Positions 1 through 10,251 of a DNA stretch of 64,000 nt are shown here, in pieces. Source of the stretch: Anaeromyxobacteraceae bacterium (lineage in GTDB: Bacteria; Myxococcota; Myxococcia; Myxococcales; Anaeromyxobacteraceae); contig JASGHJ010000001.1 of assembly GCA_047602405.1 (NCBI GenBank), forward strand, positions 2,272,001 through 2,336,000. The letters are read 5' to 3'. The first letter of the stretch is position 1. The number at the start of each line of letters is the position of its first letter. A model generated the notes under the pieces. The model worked only from the letters and a program-made list of their open reading frames with translations. It did not search any database and was not told where the DNA came from. Both the position numbers and the translations under genes were made by a program.

Positions 1-161
1 GGCCCTCGCCGGCCTGAGGGCCGCGGCGCGCTCCCGGGTCGCCACGGCGCCCGCGGGACGCCGCCCCGACGACCGCCACCGCCCGGCCACGGACCTCGCG
101 CCTTCGGGGCGGTCCGGCCGAGCGCATCGGCGAACCGCCCCGGCCGCCGGGAGGTCCCGGC

Positions 162-593
162 CTACTCCGCGACGGCCTCGCCGGTCCCGCCGAGCTCGCG
201 CGGAAAGTCCTTCAGCTTGGGAAGCCCGTCCCGCATGGGCATGACGGTCTCCTGGTAGTTGACGTGCACGCCCGGCGTGAATCGCACGCTGGGCAGCATC
301 GCGGCGTAGACGTCCACGAGGCCCCACGCCGGGTGATCGGTGAGGAGGTGGCCGCCGCAGCGGGTGCACCAGCGGCGGTGGCTGCGGTCACTCTTCCGGA
401 ACGTCGCGATCTGGTCGCCGCCCCGCACCACCTCGACCGCGCCCGGCTTCCACAGCGTGAACGCGTTCACCGGCGCGGCCGACCACTCCCGGCATGACGC
501 GCAGTGGCAGTACCCCATCGCCTCGGGCGCTCCGGTCACCTCGATCTCGACGCCGCCGCAGAAGCAGCGGCCCCTGTGCTTCACCTGGTCCAT
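162..593 (-). CDS. GFA (CENP-V/GFA) family Zn-binding protein
   Basis: MDQVKHRGRCFCGG..CHCASCR..CTRCG Cys pattern; start set at the ATG at 593. Confidence 0.9.
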   Translation of the reverse strand: MDQVKHRGRCFCGGVEIEVTGAPEAMGYCHCASCREWSAAPVNAFTLWKPGAVEVVRGGDQIATFRKSDRSHRRWCTRCGGHLLTDHPAWGLVDVYAAMLPSVRFTPGVHVNYQETVMPMRDGLPKLKDFPRELGGTGEAVAE

Positions 594-712
594 CGTTCTT
601 CCCCTGTTCGGTTCCGGCGTGCCCCATCCCGGCCCCGTGCCGGGAGTGCAGCGCCACGGGCCTCGTTCTATGGATCCGGGCGGGAGGGCGGAATGGCCGG
701 ACGTCGCGATCA

Positions 713-780
713 CACGACCGGGAGTCCGGGGCGGCGCCGGCACGACCGCGCGTCCGGCGCGCACGACCGCGCGTCCGGCG
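713..780. promoter_or_regulatory. Direct-repeat operator between the divergent GFA and AraC genes
   Basis: GCACGACCGCGCGTCCGGCG at 740-759 and 761-780 (21-bp period), plus a degenerate copy near 713. Confidence 0.55.
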
Positions 781-790
781 GAGGTGGGGG

Positions 791-1762
791 ATGAGCGGCG
801 ACGCGGTGTCGGACGTGCTGCGCGCGGTGCGCCTGACCGGGGCCGTGTTCTTCAAGATCGAGGGCTCCGACCCCTGGGCGGCAGAGGCCCTGCCCTCGCA
901 GGAGATCGGGCCGACGCTCCTGCCGGGCGCCGAGCACGTCATCGAGTACCACCTCGTCGTCTCCGGGGCGTGCTGGGGCGGGGTGGTGGGCGAGCCGCCG
1001 GTGCACCTCACCGCGGGCGACGTCATCGCCTTCCCGCGCGGCGACGCGCACGTGATCTCGAGCGCGCCCGGGATGCGCGCGCGCCCGGACTACTCGGCCT
1101 TCGCGGGCGCGAGGAGGTTCCCGGTCGCGGTGAGCTGCCAGGGCGGGGGGCCGGAGCGGGTGGAGCTCGTGTGCGGCTTCCTCGGCTGCGACGCGCGCCC
1201 CTTCAACCCCCTGCTCGCCACGCTGCCGCGCGTCCTGCACCTGCCGCGCGGCGCGAGCGGCGGGAGGGTGGAGCAGCTCATGCAGATCGCCCTCGCGGAG
1301 GCGGAGCACCCGGGCTCGGGCAGCGAGGCCGTGCTGGCGCGGATGAGCGAGCTCCTCTTCGTGGAGCTCGTGCGGCGGTACCTCGCGACCTTGCCGGGCG
1401 AGGCGGTGGGGTGGTTCGCCGCGCTGCGGGACGAGGGCGTCGGGCGCGCGCTGGCGGCGCTGCACCACCGTCCGGCCCAGGCCTGGGATCTCGACGGCCT
1501 CGCCCGGGAGGTCGGCGTCTCCCGCTCGGTGCTCGCGGAGCGGTTCGTCGGGCTCCTCGGCATCCCGCCGATGCAGTACCTCGCCCGCTGGCGGATGCAG
1601 CTCGCGGCCAACCTGCTCGGCTCGACGTCCATGGGGCTCGCGGAGATCGCCGATCGCGTCGGCTACGGCTCCGAGGCGGCGCTGTCGCGCGCGTACAAGC
1701 GGCTCGTGGGGGTCGCCCCCGCCGACTGGCGCCGCGGGAAGCGGCCGTCGCTCACACCGTGA
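791..1762 (+). CDS. AraC family transcriptional regulator (cupin + HTH)
   Basis: DAVSDVLRAVRLTG N-terminus, LVCG, C-terminal IADRVGYGSEAALSRAYKR; GAGG upstream. Confidence 0.92.
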   Translation: MSGDAVSDVLRAVRLTGAVFFKIEGSDPWAAEALPSQEIGPTLLPGAEHVIEYHLVVSGACWGGVVGEPPVHLTAGDVIAFPRGDAHVISSAPGMRARPDYSAFAGARRFPVAVSCQGGGPERVELVCGFLGCDARPFNPLLATLPRVLHLPRGASGGRVEQLMQIALAEAEHPGSGSEAVLARMSELLFVELVRRYLATLPGEAVGWFAALRDEGVGRALAALHHRPAQAWDLDGLAREVGVSRSVLAERFVGLLGIPPMQYLARWRMQLAANLLGSTSMGLAEIADRVGYGSEAALSRAYKRLVGVAPADWRRGKRPSLTP

Positions 1763-2722
1763 CGATCACCTTCCCGGCGACGTGCCCGGCCTCGACGAGC
1801 CGGATGGCCTCCGCCGCCTCGGCGAGCGGGAAGCGCCGGTCGATGACGGCGCGCAGCTTCCCGGCCTCGAAGAGCTCCGCGAGGAGCACGAGGTCCGCGA
1901 GCACCGGCTTCGAGGAGACGACGCGCAGCTTCCTCGCCCCGAGCGAGAGGAGCGGCCCGAGCAGCAGCGCCTGGAACAGCTGGCGGCCGCCGCCGCCGAC
2001 CATCGCGTACCGGCCCCGCGGTGCGAGTGCGCGCCGGTAGTCGAGGATGGAGCGGTCGCCGTTCACGCCCAGGATGAGGTCGTACCGGCCTCCGCCGGCG
2101 AGCGCGTCCTCGCGCGTGTAGTCCACGACGTGGTGCGCGCCGAGCGAGCGCGCGAGCTCCACCTTCCCGGTGCTGCACACCGCCGTCACCTCGGCCCCGA
2201 GGTGCCGGGCGAGCTGCACCGCGAAGGTCCCGACGCCGCCGGACGCGCCGGCGACGAGCACGCGCTCGCCCGGGCGGACCTGGCCGACGTCGCGCACCGC
2301 GTGGAGCGCGGTCATCCCGGCGAGCGGGATCGCCGCGGCCTCCTCGAACGACGCGCTCGAGGGCTTCAGGGCGAGCTCGCCCTCGCGGGCGCGCTTGTAC
2401 TCCGCGAGGCCGCCGAAGTCGGAGCCGAAGCAGTCCCCGAAGACCGCGTCGCCGGCCTTCAGCCGCTTCACCTCGGGGCCCACCGCCTCCACGACGCCGG
2501 CCACGTCGGCGCCCGGGCAGGTCACCCGCACCGGCCTGCGCAGCCCGGAGTAGGTCCGCACGAGGAACGGCCGCGCGGTCACCATGCGCCAGTCGGCGGC
2601 ATTGATCGACACGGCGCGCACCGCGACGAGCACCTCGTCGCCGCGCGGGACCGGCTTCGGGACCTCGGCGAGCCGCAGGACCGTGAGGGGCGCGCCGTAC
2701 GCTCGAAGGTGATCGCCTTCAT
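1752..2722 (-). CDS. NAD(P)-dependent MDR oxidoreductase (quinone reductase/ADH-like), 1-nt frameshift near 2701
   Basis: MKAITFE/YGAP..VLRLAEVPKP N-terminus is split across frames; GASGGVG and GHVAGKVIV motifs. Confidence 0.85.
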
Positions 2723-2755
2723 GCGCGGGACTCTACGTCCGTCCAGGCCGGGGCT

Positions 2756-4270
2756 TCACCCCTTCATGGAGCCCGTGCGGAGGAACCGCAGGTGCCAGGA
2801 GAACGCCTCCTCGAGGAGGTGGGGCGTGTGCTTCCCCGGGGAGTGGTCGAGCGCGCGGCGGTAGTAGTCCTTCAGCGCGGGGCGGTAGTCGGGGTGCACG
2901 CACGCCTCGATGATCCTCACGGCGCGCTGCTTCGGCGACGTGCCGCGGAGGTCGGCGAGGCCCTGCTCGGTCACCACAACGTCCACGTCGTGCTCGCAGT
3001 GATCGACGTGGCTGACCATCGGCACGACGCAGGAGATCTCGCCGTTCCGGCCGGCGACGGAGGGCGTCGTGAAGATGGACAGGTACGAGTTCCGCGCGAA
3101 GTCGCCCGAGCCGCCGATGCCGTTGATGATGCGCGAGCCGTTCACGTGGGTGGAGTTCACGTTGCCGTAGAGGTCGAATTCCACGCAGCCGTTCATGGCG
3201 ATGACGCCGAGGCGCTTGATGACCGCCACGTTGTTCGAGACCGACTGCGGGCGGAGGATGATCTTCTCCCGGTAGCGCGCGACGTCCCGCGTGAAGCGCT
3301 CGGCCACCTCCGGCGAGACCGACAGCGCCGTCGCCGAGGCCATGTCGAGCTTGCCGGCGTCGATGAGCGCGAGCATGACGTCCTGGATCACCTCGGTGTA
3401 CGCGGTGAGCCCCGCGTAGTCGGAGTCGAGGAGCCCGTAGAGCACCGCGTTCGCGACGTTGCCGACCCCGGACTGGAGCGGGAGCAGGTTCCTCGGCAGC
3501 CGGCCCTGCTTCACCTCGTGCGCGAAGAAGTCGAGGATGAAGCGGGAGATCGCCTTCGAGGCCGCGTCCGGCTCCTTGAAGGAGTTCGTGCGGTCGGGGT
3601 GGTTCGTCTCGACGATCGCGCGGATCTTGCCCGGCGGGCAGGTGAGGTACGGGGTCCCGACGCGGTCGCCGGGCTTCCTGATCGGGATGGGCTCGGTGAG
3701 CGGCGGCGCGAGCGGCTCGAAGACGTCGTGCATGCCCTCGAGCGCGAGCGGCTGGTGGTGGTTGACCTCGAGCACCACCTCGCGCGCGCAGTCGATGAAG
3801 ACCTGGTTGTTGCCGACGGAGGTGGAGGGGATGAGCTTCCCGTCCTCGGTGATGCCCGCCACCTCGACGATGGCGAGATCGAGCTCGCCGAAGAAGCCGG
3901 AGCGGACGTACTGCGCCACCGAGCCGAGGTGGAAGTCGAAGTACTCCATTTTCCCGAAGTTGATCTTCTCCCGGGCGATGGGGTCGGAGTTGTAGGGCAT
4001 CCGGAGCTCGATGCCGTCCACCATCGCGAGCGCGCCGTCGAGCTCGGACGACGTCGAGGCGCCGGTCATCACCGAGATGCGGAACTTCCCGCCGCGCGAG
4101 TGCTCGCGGAGGATGTGCTCGGCGAGCGCCTGCGGCACGAGCTTCGGGTACCCGGAGCCGGTGAAGCCGCTCATGCCGACGCGGTAACCGCTCTTCACGA
4201 GCGCGGCGGCCTCCGGGGCGAAGACCACCTTCTTCCTGAGCTCGGCGTTCCGGATGCGGATCTCGTCCAT
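2756..4270 (-). CDS. Acetyl-CoA hydrolase / succinate CoA-transferase
   Basis: SGFTGSGYPK, LQSGVGNVANAV, YTEVIQD, NGIGGSGDFARN motifs. Confidence 0.93.
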   Translation of the reverse strand: MDEIRIRNAELRKKVVFAPEAAALVKSGYRVGMSGFTGSGYPKLVPQALAEHILREHSRGGKFRISVMTGASTSSELDGALAMVDGIELRMPYNSDPIAREKINFGKMEYFDFHLGSVAQYVRSGFFGELDLAIVEVAGITEDGKLIPSTSVGNNQVFIDCAREVVLEVNHHQPLALEGMHDVFEPLAPPLTEPIPIRKPGDRVGTPYLTCPPGKIRAIVETNHPDRTNSFKEPDAASKAISRFILDFFAHEVKQGRLPRNLLPLQSGVGNVANAVLYGLLDSDYAGLTAYTEVIQDVMLALIDAGKLDMASATALSVSPEVAERFTRDVARYREKIILRPQSVSNNVAVIKRLGVIAMNGCVEFDLYGNVNSTHVNGSRIINGIGGSGDFARNSYLSIFTTPSVAGRNGEISCVVPMVSHVDHCEHDVDVVVTEQGLADLRGTSPKQRAVRIIEACVHPDYRPALKDYYRRALDHSPGKHTPHLLEEAFSWHLRFLRTGSMKG

Positions 4271-4464
4271 GGGTGCCTGGGGCCTCGGCGGTGAGGGGGA
4301 GCGCGTGAGCAGAGCACGGGGCCGCGCCGCCCTCGCAGCGGTGGGGTGTCGCAGACCCGGTGTCCGTGGTGCGGTGCGTCGCGCGCGGACGCTCCGTCCG
4401 GATCGACCCGGCGTTTACCGCGGTCAAGGAGGCCGCACGTGGACGCACCTACGCTGCGTCCCGC

Positions 4465-5694
4465 ATGCCCTCCGTCCTCGCCTCGCTCGCCGCGGGCCTC
4501 GCGCTCGCCGCCGCCGCCCCGCCCTCCGTGGTCGTGCTGGACGTCGAGGCGCCGCCCGGCGAACGGCTCGACGCCGCGGTGCTGGGCGCGGCGTTCGCGG
4601 CCGGGCTCGAGGACCGGGACGCGTGGAGGCTCCAGACCCTCCACGACGTGCGGGCGATGCTCTCGGTGGAGCGCGACCGGCAGGCGCTCGGGACCTGCCA
4701 GGGCGAGGGTTGCCTCGCGGCGCTCGGCGCCTCCCTCGACGCGCCGCTCGTCGCGGTGCTCTCCCTCGCGGCGCAGGACGATCGGCTCACGGCGAGCGCG
4801 CGGGTGCTCTCGCGCGAGACGGGCAGCGCCGTCGCGCACGCGGCCGTCGCGGGCGACCGCGCGCAGGCCGCGGGGCTGGCCCGCCGCGCGGGAGAGGCGC
4901 TGCGCGCGGCGTGGCGGTCGGCGCGGGGGCTCGGCGCCGCCGCGGCCGCGCCGGCGTGCCCGGACGTGGGCGCGTGCGACCGCGGCTGCCGCGCGGGCGA
5001 GGCCGCCGGCTGCGCCCGCCTCGGCGACCTCCTCGGCGCGGGGCTGCCCAGCGATCGCCCCAAGGCCGGGGCGGCGTGGAGCCGCGCGTGCAACCTCGGC
5101 GCGCTCGAGGCCTGCGAGCGGGGCGCGCGGGCCCTCGACGACGCGGGGTTCCACGAGGCGTCGGTGCCCGCCTTCCGGCGCGCGTGCCTCGACGGCGCGA
5201 GCCAGGCCGCGTGCCGCCGCGGGTGGGAGCTCCTCGAGCGCGGCGAGCCCGGCGGGCGCGACGCGCCGGCGGTGCCGCTCCTCGAGCGGGGCTGCGCCGG
5301 GAGCGACCGCGAGGCCTGCGCACGCCTCGCGGCCCACCGCTGGGACGGCGCGCCGAGGCTCGGGCCCGCCGCCCTCGAGCCGCTCGTCCGCGCGTGCACC
5401 CTCGAGCCGGTGGCCGGCTGCCCCGGCGCGGCGGCCACGTTCGCGAGGGTCGGGTGCGCCGGCGCCTCGGCCGGCGCGTGCCTCGCGGCCGGGCTCGAGC
5501 TCGCCCGCCGGCGCGAGACCGCCGGGCTCGGCGAGAGCCTCGCCGCCGCCGCCTGCCCCGGCGCGGCCGCGGACTGCCACCGGAGCGCGGGCGCGCTCCT
5601 CGGCGGGGACGATCGCGCCCGGCGCACGGGCGCCTGGCTCGACGCGATCGCCTGCCGGGCAGGCGCGGCCGAGGCCTGCCCCGCCGCCGACTGA
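4465..5694 (+). CDS. Secreted Cys-rich Sel1-like repeat protein
   Basis: Signal peptide; repeated AC..G...AC..LG motifs; N-domain shared with the next gene. Confidence 0.65.
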   Translation: MPSVLASLAAGLALAAAAPPSVVVLDVEAPPGERLDAAVLGAAFAAGLEDRDAWRLQTLHDVRAMLSVERDRQALGTCQGEGCLAALGASLDAPLVAVLSLAAQDDRLTASARVLSRETGSAVAHAAVAGDRAQAAGLARRAGEALRAAWRSARGLGAAAAAPACPDVGACDRGCRAGEAAGCARLGDLLGAGLPSDRPKAGAAWSRACNLGALEACERGARALDDAGFHEASVPAFRRACLDGASQAACRRGWELLERGEPGGRDAPAVPLLERGCAGSDREACARLAAHRWDGAPRLGPAALEPLVRACTLEPVAGCPGAAATFARVGCAGASAGACLAAGLELARRRETAGLGESLAAAACPGAAADCHRSAGALLGGDDRARRTGAWLDAIACRAGAAEACPAAD

Positions 5695-5706
5695 GAGGAC
5701 CCCGCC

Positions 5707-7821
5707 ATGACCGCCGCCGCGCTCGCCGTCGCGCTCCTCGTCTCCGCGCAGCCGCGCCCGCCGCCCGCCGTGGCGGTGCTCGACATCCAGCTCGGCCAGG
5801 GCATCACCGGCATCGACCGCGCGGCGCTCACCGACGTGGCGGTCTCGGCCCTCACGGATCGCGAGGCGTGGCGCCTCGTGACCCTCCGTGACGTCGGTAC
5901 GCTGCTCTCGTTCGAGAAGAAGCGCGAGCTCCTCGGATGCACGGAGGGTGAGTGCCTCGCCGAGCTCGCGGGCGCGCTCGGCACCGAGGCCGCGGTCGTC
6001 ACGAACGTGGGCCGGGCCGGCGCCTCCGCCATCGTGACCGGCCGCATCGTGAAGAGCTCCACGGGCGAGCTCCTCGGCCAGGCGGCCGTCGAGGTCGAGG
6101 GCATGGATCTCACCGGCGCGGTCCGGAAGCTCGGTCGGCGCCTCCTCGCCGCGTGGCGCTCGGTGCGGGGCATGGCGCCGCCGCGGGAGCTCGCCGCCGA
6201 CTGCGCCACCGCGGCCGCCTGCAAGGCGGCGTGCGACGAGGGCAGCGCGGAGGCCTGCGCCCGGCTCGCCGCGCTGTCGGTCCAGGCCGCCCCGGACCCG
6301 GCCCAGCTCGCCGCCACCTTCGCCCAGGCCTGCGAGCGCGGGACGCCCGGCGCCTGCGCGGAGGCGGGCGACCGGTTCCTCGCGCTCGGGCAGCTCGGGC
6401 GGGGCGTGGGCCTGCTCGAGCAGGCCTGCCTCTCGCTCGAGACGGAGGCACCGGCCGCGTGCGCGCGGGCCGCGAAGGCGCTCCTCGACGCCGCGCCGCC
6501 GGCCCGTGACGCGCGGCGCGCCGGGGCGATGCTCCGGGTGGCCTGCGACGGCGGGCTCGCCGACGCGTGCCTCTCGGAGGCGCGCCTCCTCGCCGCCGCG
6601 CCCGCGACCGCGACCACGGACGCCCAGGTGCGGACCACGCTGGCGAGCGCCTGCGACCAGGGCCGCGCCGCCGGGTGCTCCGAGCTCGCCCGCTTCGCGG
6701 AGGCGGGCCGGGGTGGGGCGAAGGATCCGGCGCTCGCGGCCAGCCTCCGCGCGAAGGCGTGCCACCTCGGCGAGGAGGACGTCTGCCTCGCCTCGGCGCG
6801 GGACCGGCTCACCGCGGGCGACGAGGCGGGCGCGGTCCCGCTCCTCGAGCGGCTCTGCGGCGCCCGGCGCGCCGACTCGGGCGCGGCTTGCGGGGAGCGC
6901 GCTCGCGTGGCGCAGCGGCGCTCCGGCAGGCTCTCCGCGGTGCACGTACGCTGGGCGAAGGCGGCGTGCGAGGCGGGCGGTGCCGCGGAAGCGTGCGCGG
7001 TCGCGGTCGAGGGGGCGTCGCGCGAGGGGCTCCCGGATCCCGGCGCCGCTGCGCGGTGGTTGCGACGCGCCTGCCCGGACGCCGGCGACGCCTGCGGGGC
7101 GGCGGCGAAGGCGGCGGTCGCGGCCGTCCCGCAGGGCACCGGGAAGGGCGGGGAGGTGCTCGCGGCTGCATGCGACGCGGGCCACGGCCCCGCCTGCCTG
7201 CGCCTCTCCCGCGCGGCCGCCTCGGAGGGGCGCGGCGCCGAGGCCGCCATCCTGCGCGAGAGGGCCTGCGAGACGGCCACGCTCGAGGTCGACTGCGAAC
7301 GCCACGGCCTGAGCCTCGGGCTCTCCGCGGAGTTCATGGCGGCAGACGCGCAGATCGTCCCCTCGGTCGCGGGCGCCGCGAAGAACGGCCAGGCCGGCGG
7401 CGCGCTCACGCTCATCGCCCGCGGCGCCCTCCTGGAGGCGGGCCTCGCCGGCACCGTCCGGAGCGGCGGCGCCTACGACTTCGGCGCCATGGCCGGCCTC
7501 GGCTTCGACGCCGCGAACGGTCGGCTCCGGCTCGAGGCGCTGTTCGAGTTCGGCGTCGTGAACGCGGGAGGCTTCGTCGACACGGACAAGCTGCAGTCCG
7601 GCCTGCCCTCGGCGACGGGCCTTCGCTTCTACCGTGCGCTGCGCGCGGGCGCGTCCTTCGGGAGCGGCGCCGTCCGGTGGGGAGTGTGGCTCGCCCTCCG
7701 GGCAGCACCCCGCAAGTTCGCGGTCCTCTCGACGGCGTCGCCGGTGACGGGCGTGCAGACGTGGGAGGTGACGGCCGGGGAGTACGCCACCGCCGGACTG
7801 CGGTTCGAGTACCTCTTCTAA
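5707..7821 (+). CDS. Secreted Cys-rich Sel1-like repeat protein with probable C-terminal outer-membrane beta-barrel
   Basis: GAGGA RBS; many ACxxGxxxAC repeats; amphipathic beta-strand tail ending GLRFEYLF. Confidence 0.7.
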   Translation: MTAAALAVALLVSAQPRPPPAVAVLDIQLGQGITGIDRAALTDVAVSALTDREAWRLVTLRDVGTLLSFEKKRELLGCTEGECLAELAGALGTEAAVVTNVGRAGASAIVTGRIVKSSTGELLGQAAVEVEGMDLTGAVRKLGRRLLAAWRSVRGMAPPRELAADCATAAACKAACDEGSAEACARLAALSVQAAPDPAQLAATFAQACERGTPGACAEAGDRFLALGQLGRGVGLLEQACLSLETEAPAACARAAKALLDAAPPARDARRAGAMLRVACDGGLADACLSEARLLAAAPATATTDAQVRTTLASACDQGRAAGCSELARFAEAGRGGAKDPALAASLRAKACHLGEEDVCLASARDRLTAGDEAGAVPLLERLCGARRADSGAACGERARVAQRRSGRLSAVHVRWAKAACEAGGAAEACAVAVEGASREGLPDPGAAARWLRRACPDAGDACGAAAKAAVAAVPQGTGKGGEVLAAACDAGHGPACLRLSRAAASEGRGAEAAILRERACETATLEVDCERHGLSLGLSAEFMAADAQIVPSVAGAAKNGQAGGALTLIARGALLEAGLAGTVRSGGAYDFGAMAGLGFDAANGRLRLEALFEFGVVNAGGFVDTDKLQSGLPSATGLRFYRALRAGASFGSGAVRWGVWLALRAAPRKFAVLSTASPVTGVQTWEVTAGEYATAGLRFEYLF

Positions 7822-8297
7822 CCCGGCGACGCGCCACCCGGGACGCCCACGCCCTCGACGCGGGTCGCCACGAACGTCCCCTCGTGCCGCCCTCCCTCGC
7901 CGGACCCGCAGGCCACCACCGAGAGCACCCTCACCCGCGCCGCCCGGTGCCGGCCGAGCGTCTCGAGGAAGCGCTCCCACGCGCCCGGCGCCGGGGCGGT
8001 CGCGGTGGCGGTGAAGTCGCCGTCCACCGGCGCGTCGTAGTCGAACGTGCTCCGCTGGATCACGAGGCGCGCGGCGATGCCGGCCTCGCGCAGGCGCAGG
8101 TGGAGGAGGAGCCAGCCGGAGAGGATCGCGACCGCCGAGAGGCTGCCGCCGAAGCCGGTGCCGCGGTGGTTCACGTTCGGCGCGAGGGGCGCGGCGAGGC
8201 GCAGCGTGGTGCCGTCCCAGTGGACCGCCCGGGCGGCGAGCGTCCGGGTGAGGGGGATGCGCTCGTGCACGAACGCCGAGATCTCGTCGAGGGTCAT
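7818..8297 (-). CDS. YiiD C-terminal-like hot-dog fold thioesterase/decarboxylase
   Basis: IPLT..L, APLAPNVNHRGTGFGGSL motif. Confidence 0.85.
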   Translation of the reverse strand: MTLDEISAFVHERIPLTRTLAARAVHWDGTTLRLAAPLAPNVNHRGTGFGGSLSAVAILSGWLLLHLRLREAGIAARLVIQRSTFDYDAPVDGDFTATATAPAPGAWERFLETLGRHRAARVRVLSVVACGSGEGGRHEGTFVATRVEGVGVPGGASPG

Positions 8298-8389
8298 CGG
8301 GTCCCCGGTGTAGCCGGTCCGCGGGGGTCACTGCCGGTTCCTGGCGGGGCGTCGCGGCCTGACCCGGGAGTCAGCGCAAAGGCGGTCCG

Positions 8390-8887
8390 CTACACGGCGC
8401 GCGCCATCACCGCGTGCACCGGGCGCGTCATCCGCAGCGCGTCCCAGCGCTCGCCGTTCGCGCGCGGATAGGCGCGGAGCAGGCGCTCGCGCTCGACGAA
8501 GCCGAAGCGGCGGTACAGGCGGACCGCCCGCGTGTTCGCCGGGAACACGTGCAGGACGATCTCGCGGGCGCCGGCTTCGTCGGCCCAGGCGACGCTCGCG
8601 CGGAGCAGCGCGGCGCCGACCCCGCGGCCGCGCGCCTCCTCGGCGACCAGCATGCCGAGCTCGGGGCGCTCCACCCCGACCATCGCCGAGAGGCCGATCG
8701 GCCGGCCGCCCTCGCGCGCGACGAGGATGGTGCCGGTCTGCGTGGCGAGGAGCGCCCGCCAGCGGGCCCGCACCTCGCGCCGGTCGACGGGCGGCTCCGT
8801 CGCGAGCCACACGCGCTCGTCGACCACGGCCTCGAAGAGATCGAGGCAGGCCTCCATGTCACACGGCGAGAGGGTCACGACCTCCAC
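8390..8887 (-). CDS. GNAT family N-acetyltransferase
   Basis: LGMLVAEEARGRGVG, N.RA..LY.RFGF; start approximate (GTG 8887 or ATG 8857). Confidence 0.85.
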   Translation of the reverse strand: MEVVTLSPCDMEACLDLFEAVVDERVWLATEPPVDRREVRARWRALLATQTGTILVAREGGRPIGLSAMVGVERPELGMLVAEEARGRGVGAALLRASVAWADEAGAREIVLHVFPANTRAVRLYRRFGFVERERLLRAYPRANGERWDALRMTRPVHAVMARAV

Positions 8888-9016
8888 GCTCCAGAAGATG
8901 GCACGCAGGGTGGGGGTCGGCCAGTTGGCGACCGCCGCGTCGCGGCGAGTTTGCGCGTCCGCGACGGGGCGGTCACGGACGGACCCCATCCTCCGGGCCT
9001 CGAAAGGAGGTCGTCC

Positions 9017-9553
9017 ATGTCCGAACGCACCGTCCGGCCGCTGTGCCCCGAGGACTTCCCCGTCCTCATGAAGCTCGAGGAGGAGGTCTTCGGCGCCGAG
9101 GGCGAGTCCGTCCTCGGCCCGTACTACGTGCGGCTCTGCTGCGAGTTCTTCCAGGAGACCTGCTTCGTCGCCTACGACGGCGACGCGCCCGCCGGCTACG
9201 TGCTCTCGTTCCTGCGCGGCCGCGAGGCCTACTGCACGACGCTCGCGGTCGCGCCGGAGTACCAGGGCAGCCGCATCGCGTTCCTGCTCCTCAAGGCGCT
9301 CATCGCCGCCATCGCGCCGCGCGTCGACGCCTGCTGGTTCACCGTGAAGGAGGACAACCTCCAGGCGCGCTCGCTCCACCAGGCGCTCGGCGCGAAGGAG
9401 CTGGGCTTCCGGGACGACTTCTACGGCCCCGGCGACCGGCGGCTCGTCTCGCGCATCGAGCGCGACGCGTTCGACCGGCTCCGCGCGCGCTTCGAGCGGA
9501 TGGGGCTCGTGCAGCCCGTCGCGGACGAGGGCCTCGCGCTGGGGGCCGCGTGA
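9017..9553 (+). CDS. GNAT family N-acyltransferase
   Basis: AAAGGAGG RBS; TLAVAPEYQGSRIA, FTVKEDN. Confidence 0.85.
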   Translation: MSERTVRPLCPEDFPVLMKLEEEVFGAEGESVLGPYYVRLCCEFFQETCFVAYDGDAPAGYVLSFLRGREAYCTTLAVAPEYQGSRIAFLLLKALIAAIAPRVDACWFTVKEDNLQARSLHQALGAKELGFRDDFYGPGDRRLVSRIERDAFDRLRARFERMGLVQPVADEGLALGAA

Positions 9554-10251
9554 GCGCGCTCCGCGCCGCGGGGCGGCTCGCGCGGCTCGCCGGGATCGCC
9601 GCGGACGTGCTCGCCGGCCGGCGCCGGCTGCACGGGGCGAGCGCCGCGGCGCTCGAGGTGCTCGGCGTGAACGTGCTCGTGGACGGGCCGCTGCCGCCCC
9701 AGGGGGCGCTCCTCGCCGCGAACCACCTCTCGTGGCTCGACCCGCTCGTCGTCGCGTCGCTCGTGCCGTGCACGCCCATCGCGAAGGCCGAGCTCTCCGG
9801 GTGGCCGCTGCTGGGGCGCGCGGCGCGCGCGTGCGGCGTGCTCTTCGTCGAGCGCGGCGACGCGACCTCGGGGCTCGCGGTGAAGCGCGGCGCCCAGGCG
9901 GTCCTCGAGCGGGGCGGGCGGATCCTCAACTTCCCGGAGGGCACGACCACCCGCGGCGACGACGTGCTCGCGTTCCGGCCGGGCCTCTTCGGCACGGCCC
10001 GTCGCGCGGGCGCGCCGGTCGTGCCGGTCGCGATCACGCTCGAGCCCGCCGAGCTCGCCTGGACCGGCGACGACGCGTTCCTGCCGCACCTCCTCGCGCT
10101 CGCCGCGCGGCGACGCTCGGAGGCGCGGGTGCGCTTCGGCGCGCCGGTCCCGCCGCTGCTCTACCGGGACGCGGCCGCGCTCGCCGAGGCGGTGCGCGGC
10201 CGGGTCCTCGAGCTCCGCGGAGGTGCGCCGTGGCGCAGGACCCAGCCCTGA
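9550..10251 (+). CDS. Lysophospholipid (PlsC/OlsA-like) acyltransferase
   Basis: NHLSWLD (HX4D) and FPEGT motifs; GTGA overlap with the upstream stop. Confidence 0.88.
   Translation: MSALRAAGRLARLAGIAADVLAGRRRLHGASAAALEVLGVNVLVDGPLPPQGALLAANHLSWLDPLVVASLVPCTPIAKAELSGWPLLGRAARACGVLFVERGDATSGLAVKRGAQAVLERGGRILNFPEGTTTRGDDVLAFRPGLFGTARRAGAPVVPVAITLEPAELAWTGDDAFLPHLLALAARRRSEARVRFGAPVPPLLYRDAAALAEAVRGRVLELRGGAPWRRTQP

Noticed and set aside
4195..8331. Long R/G/A/P-rich ORFs (also 12111-14800, 42418-46185, 57548-60880 and others)
   Set aside because: Antisense or off-frame shadows of real genes, typical of high-GC DNA
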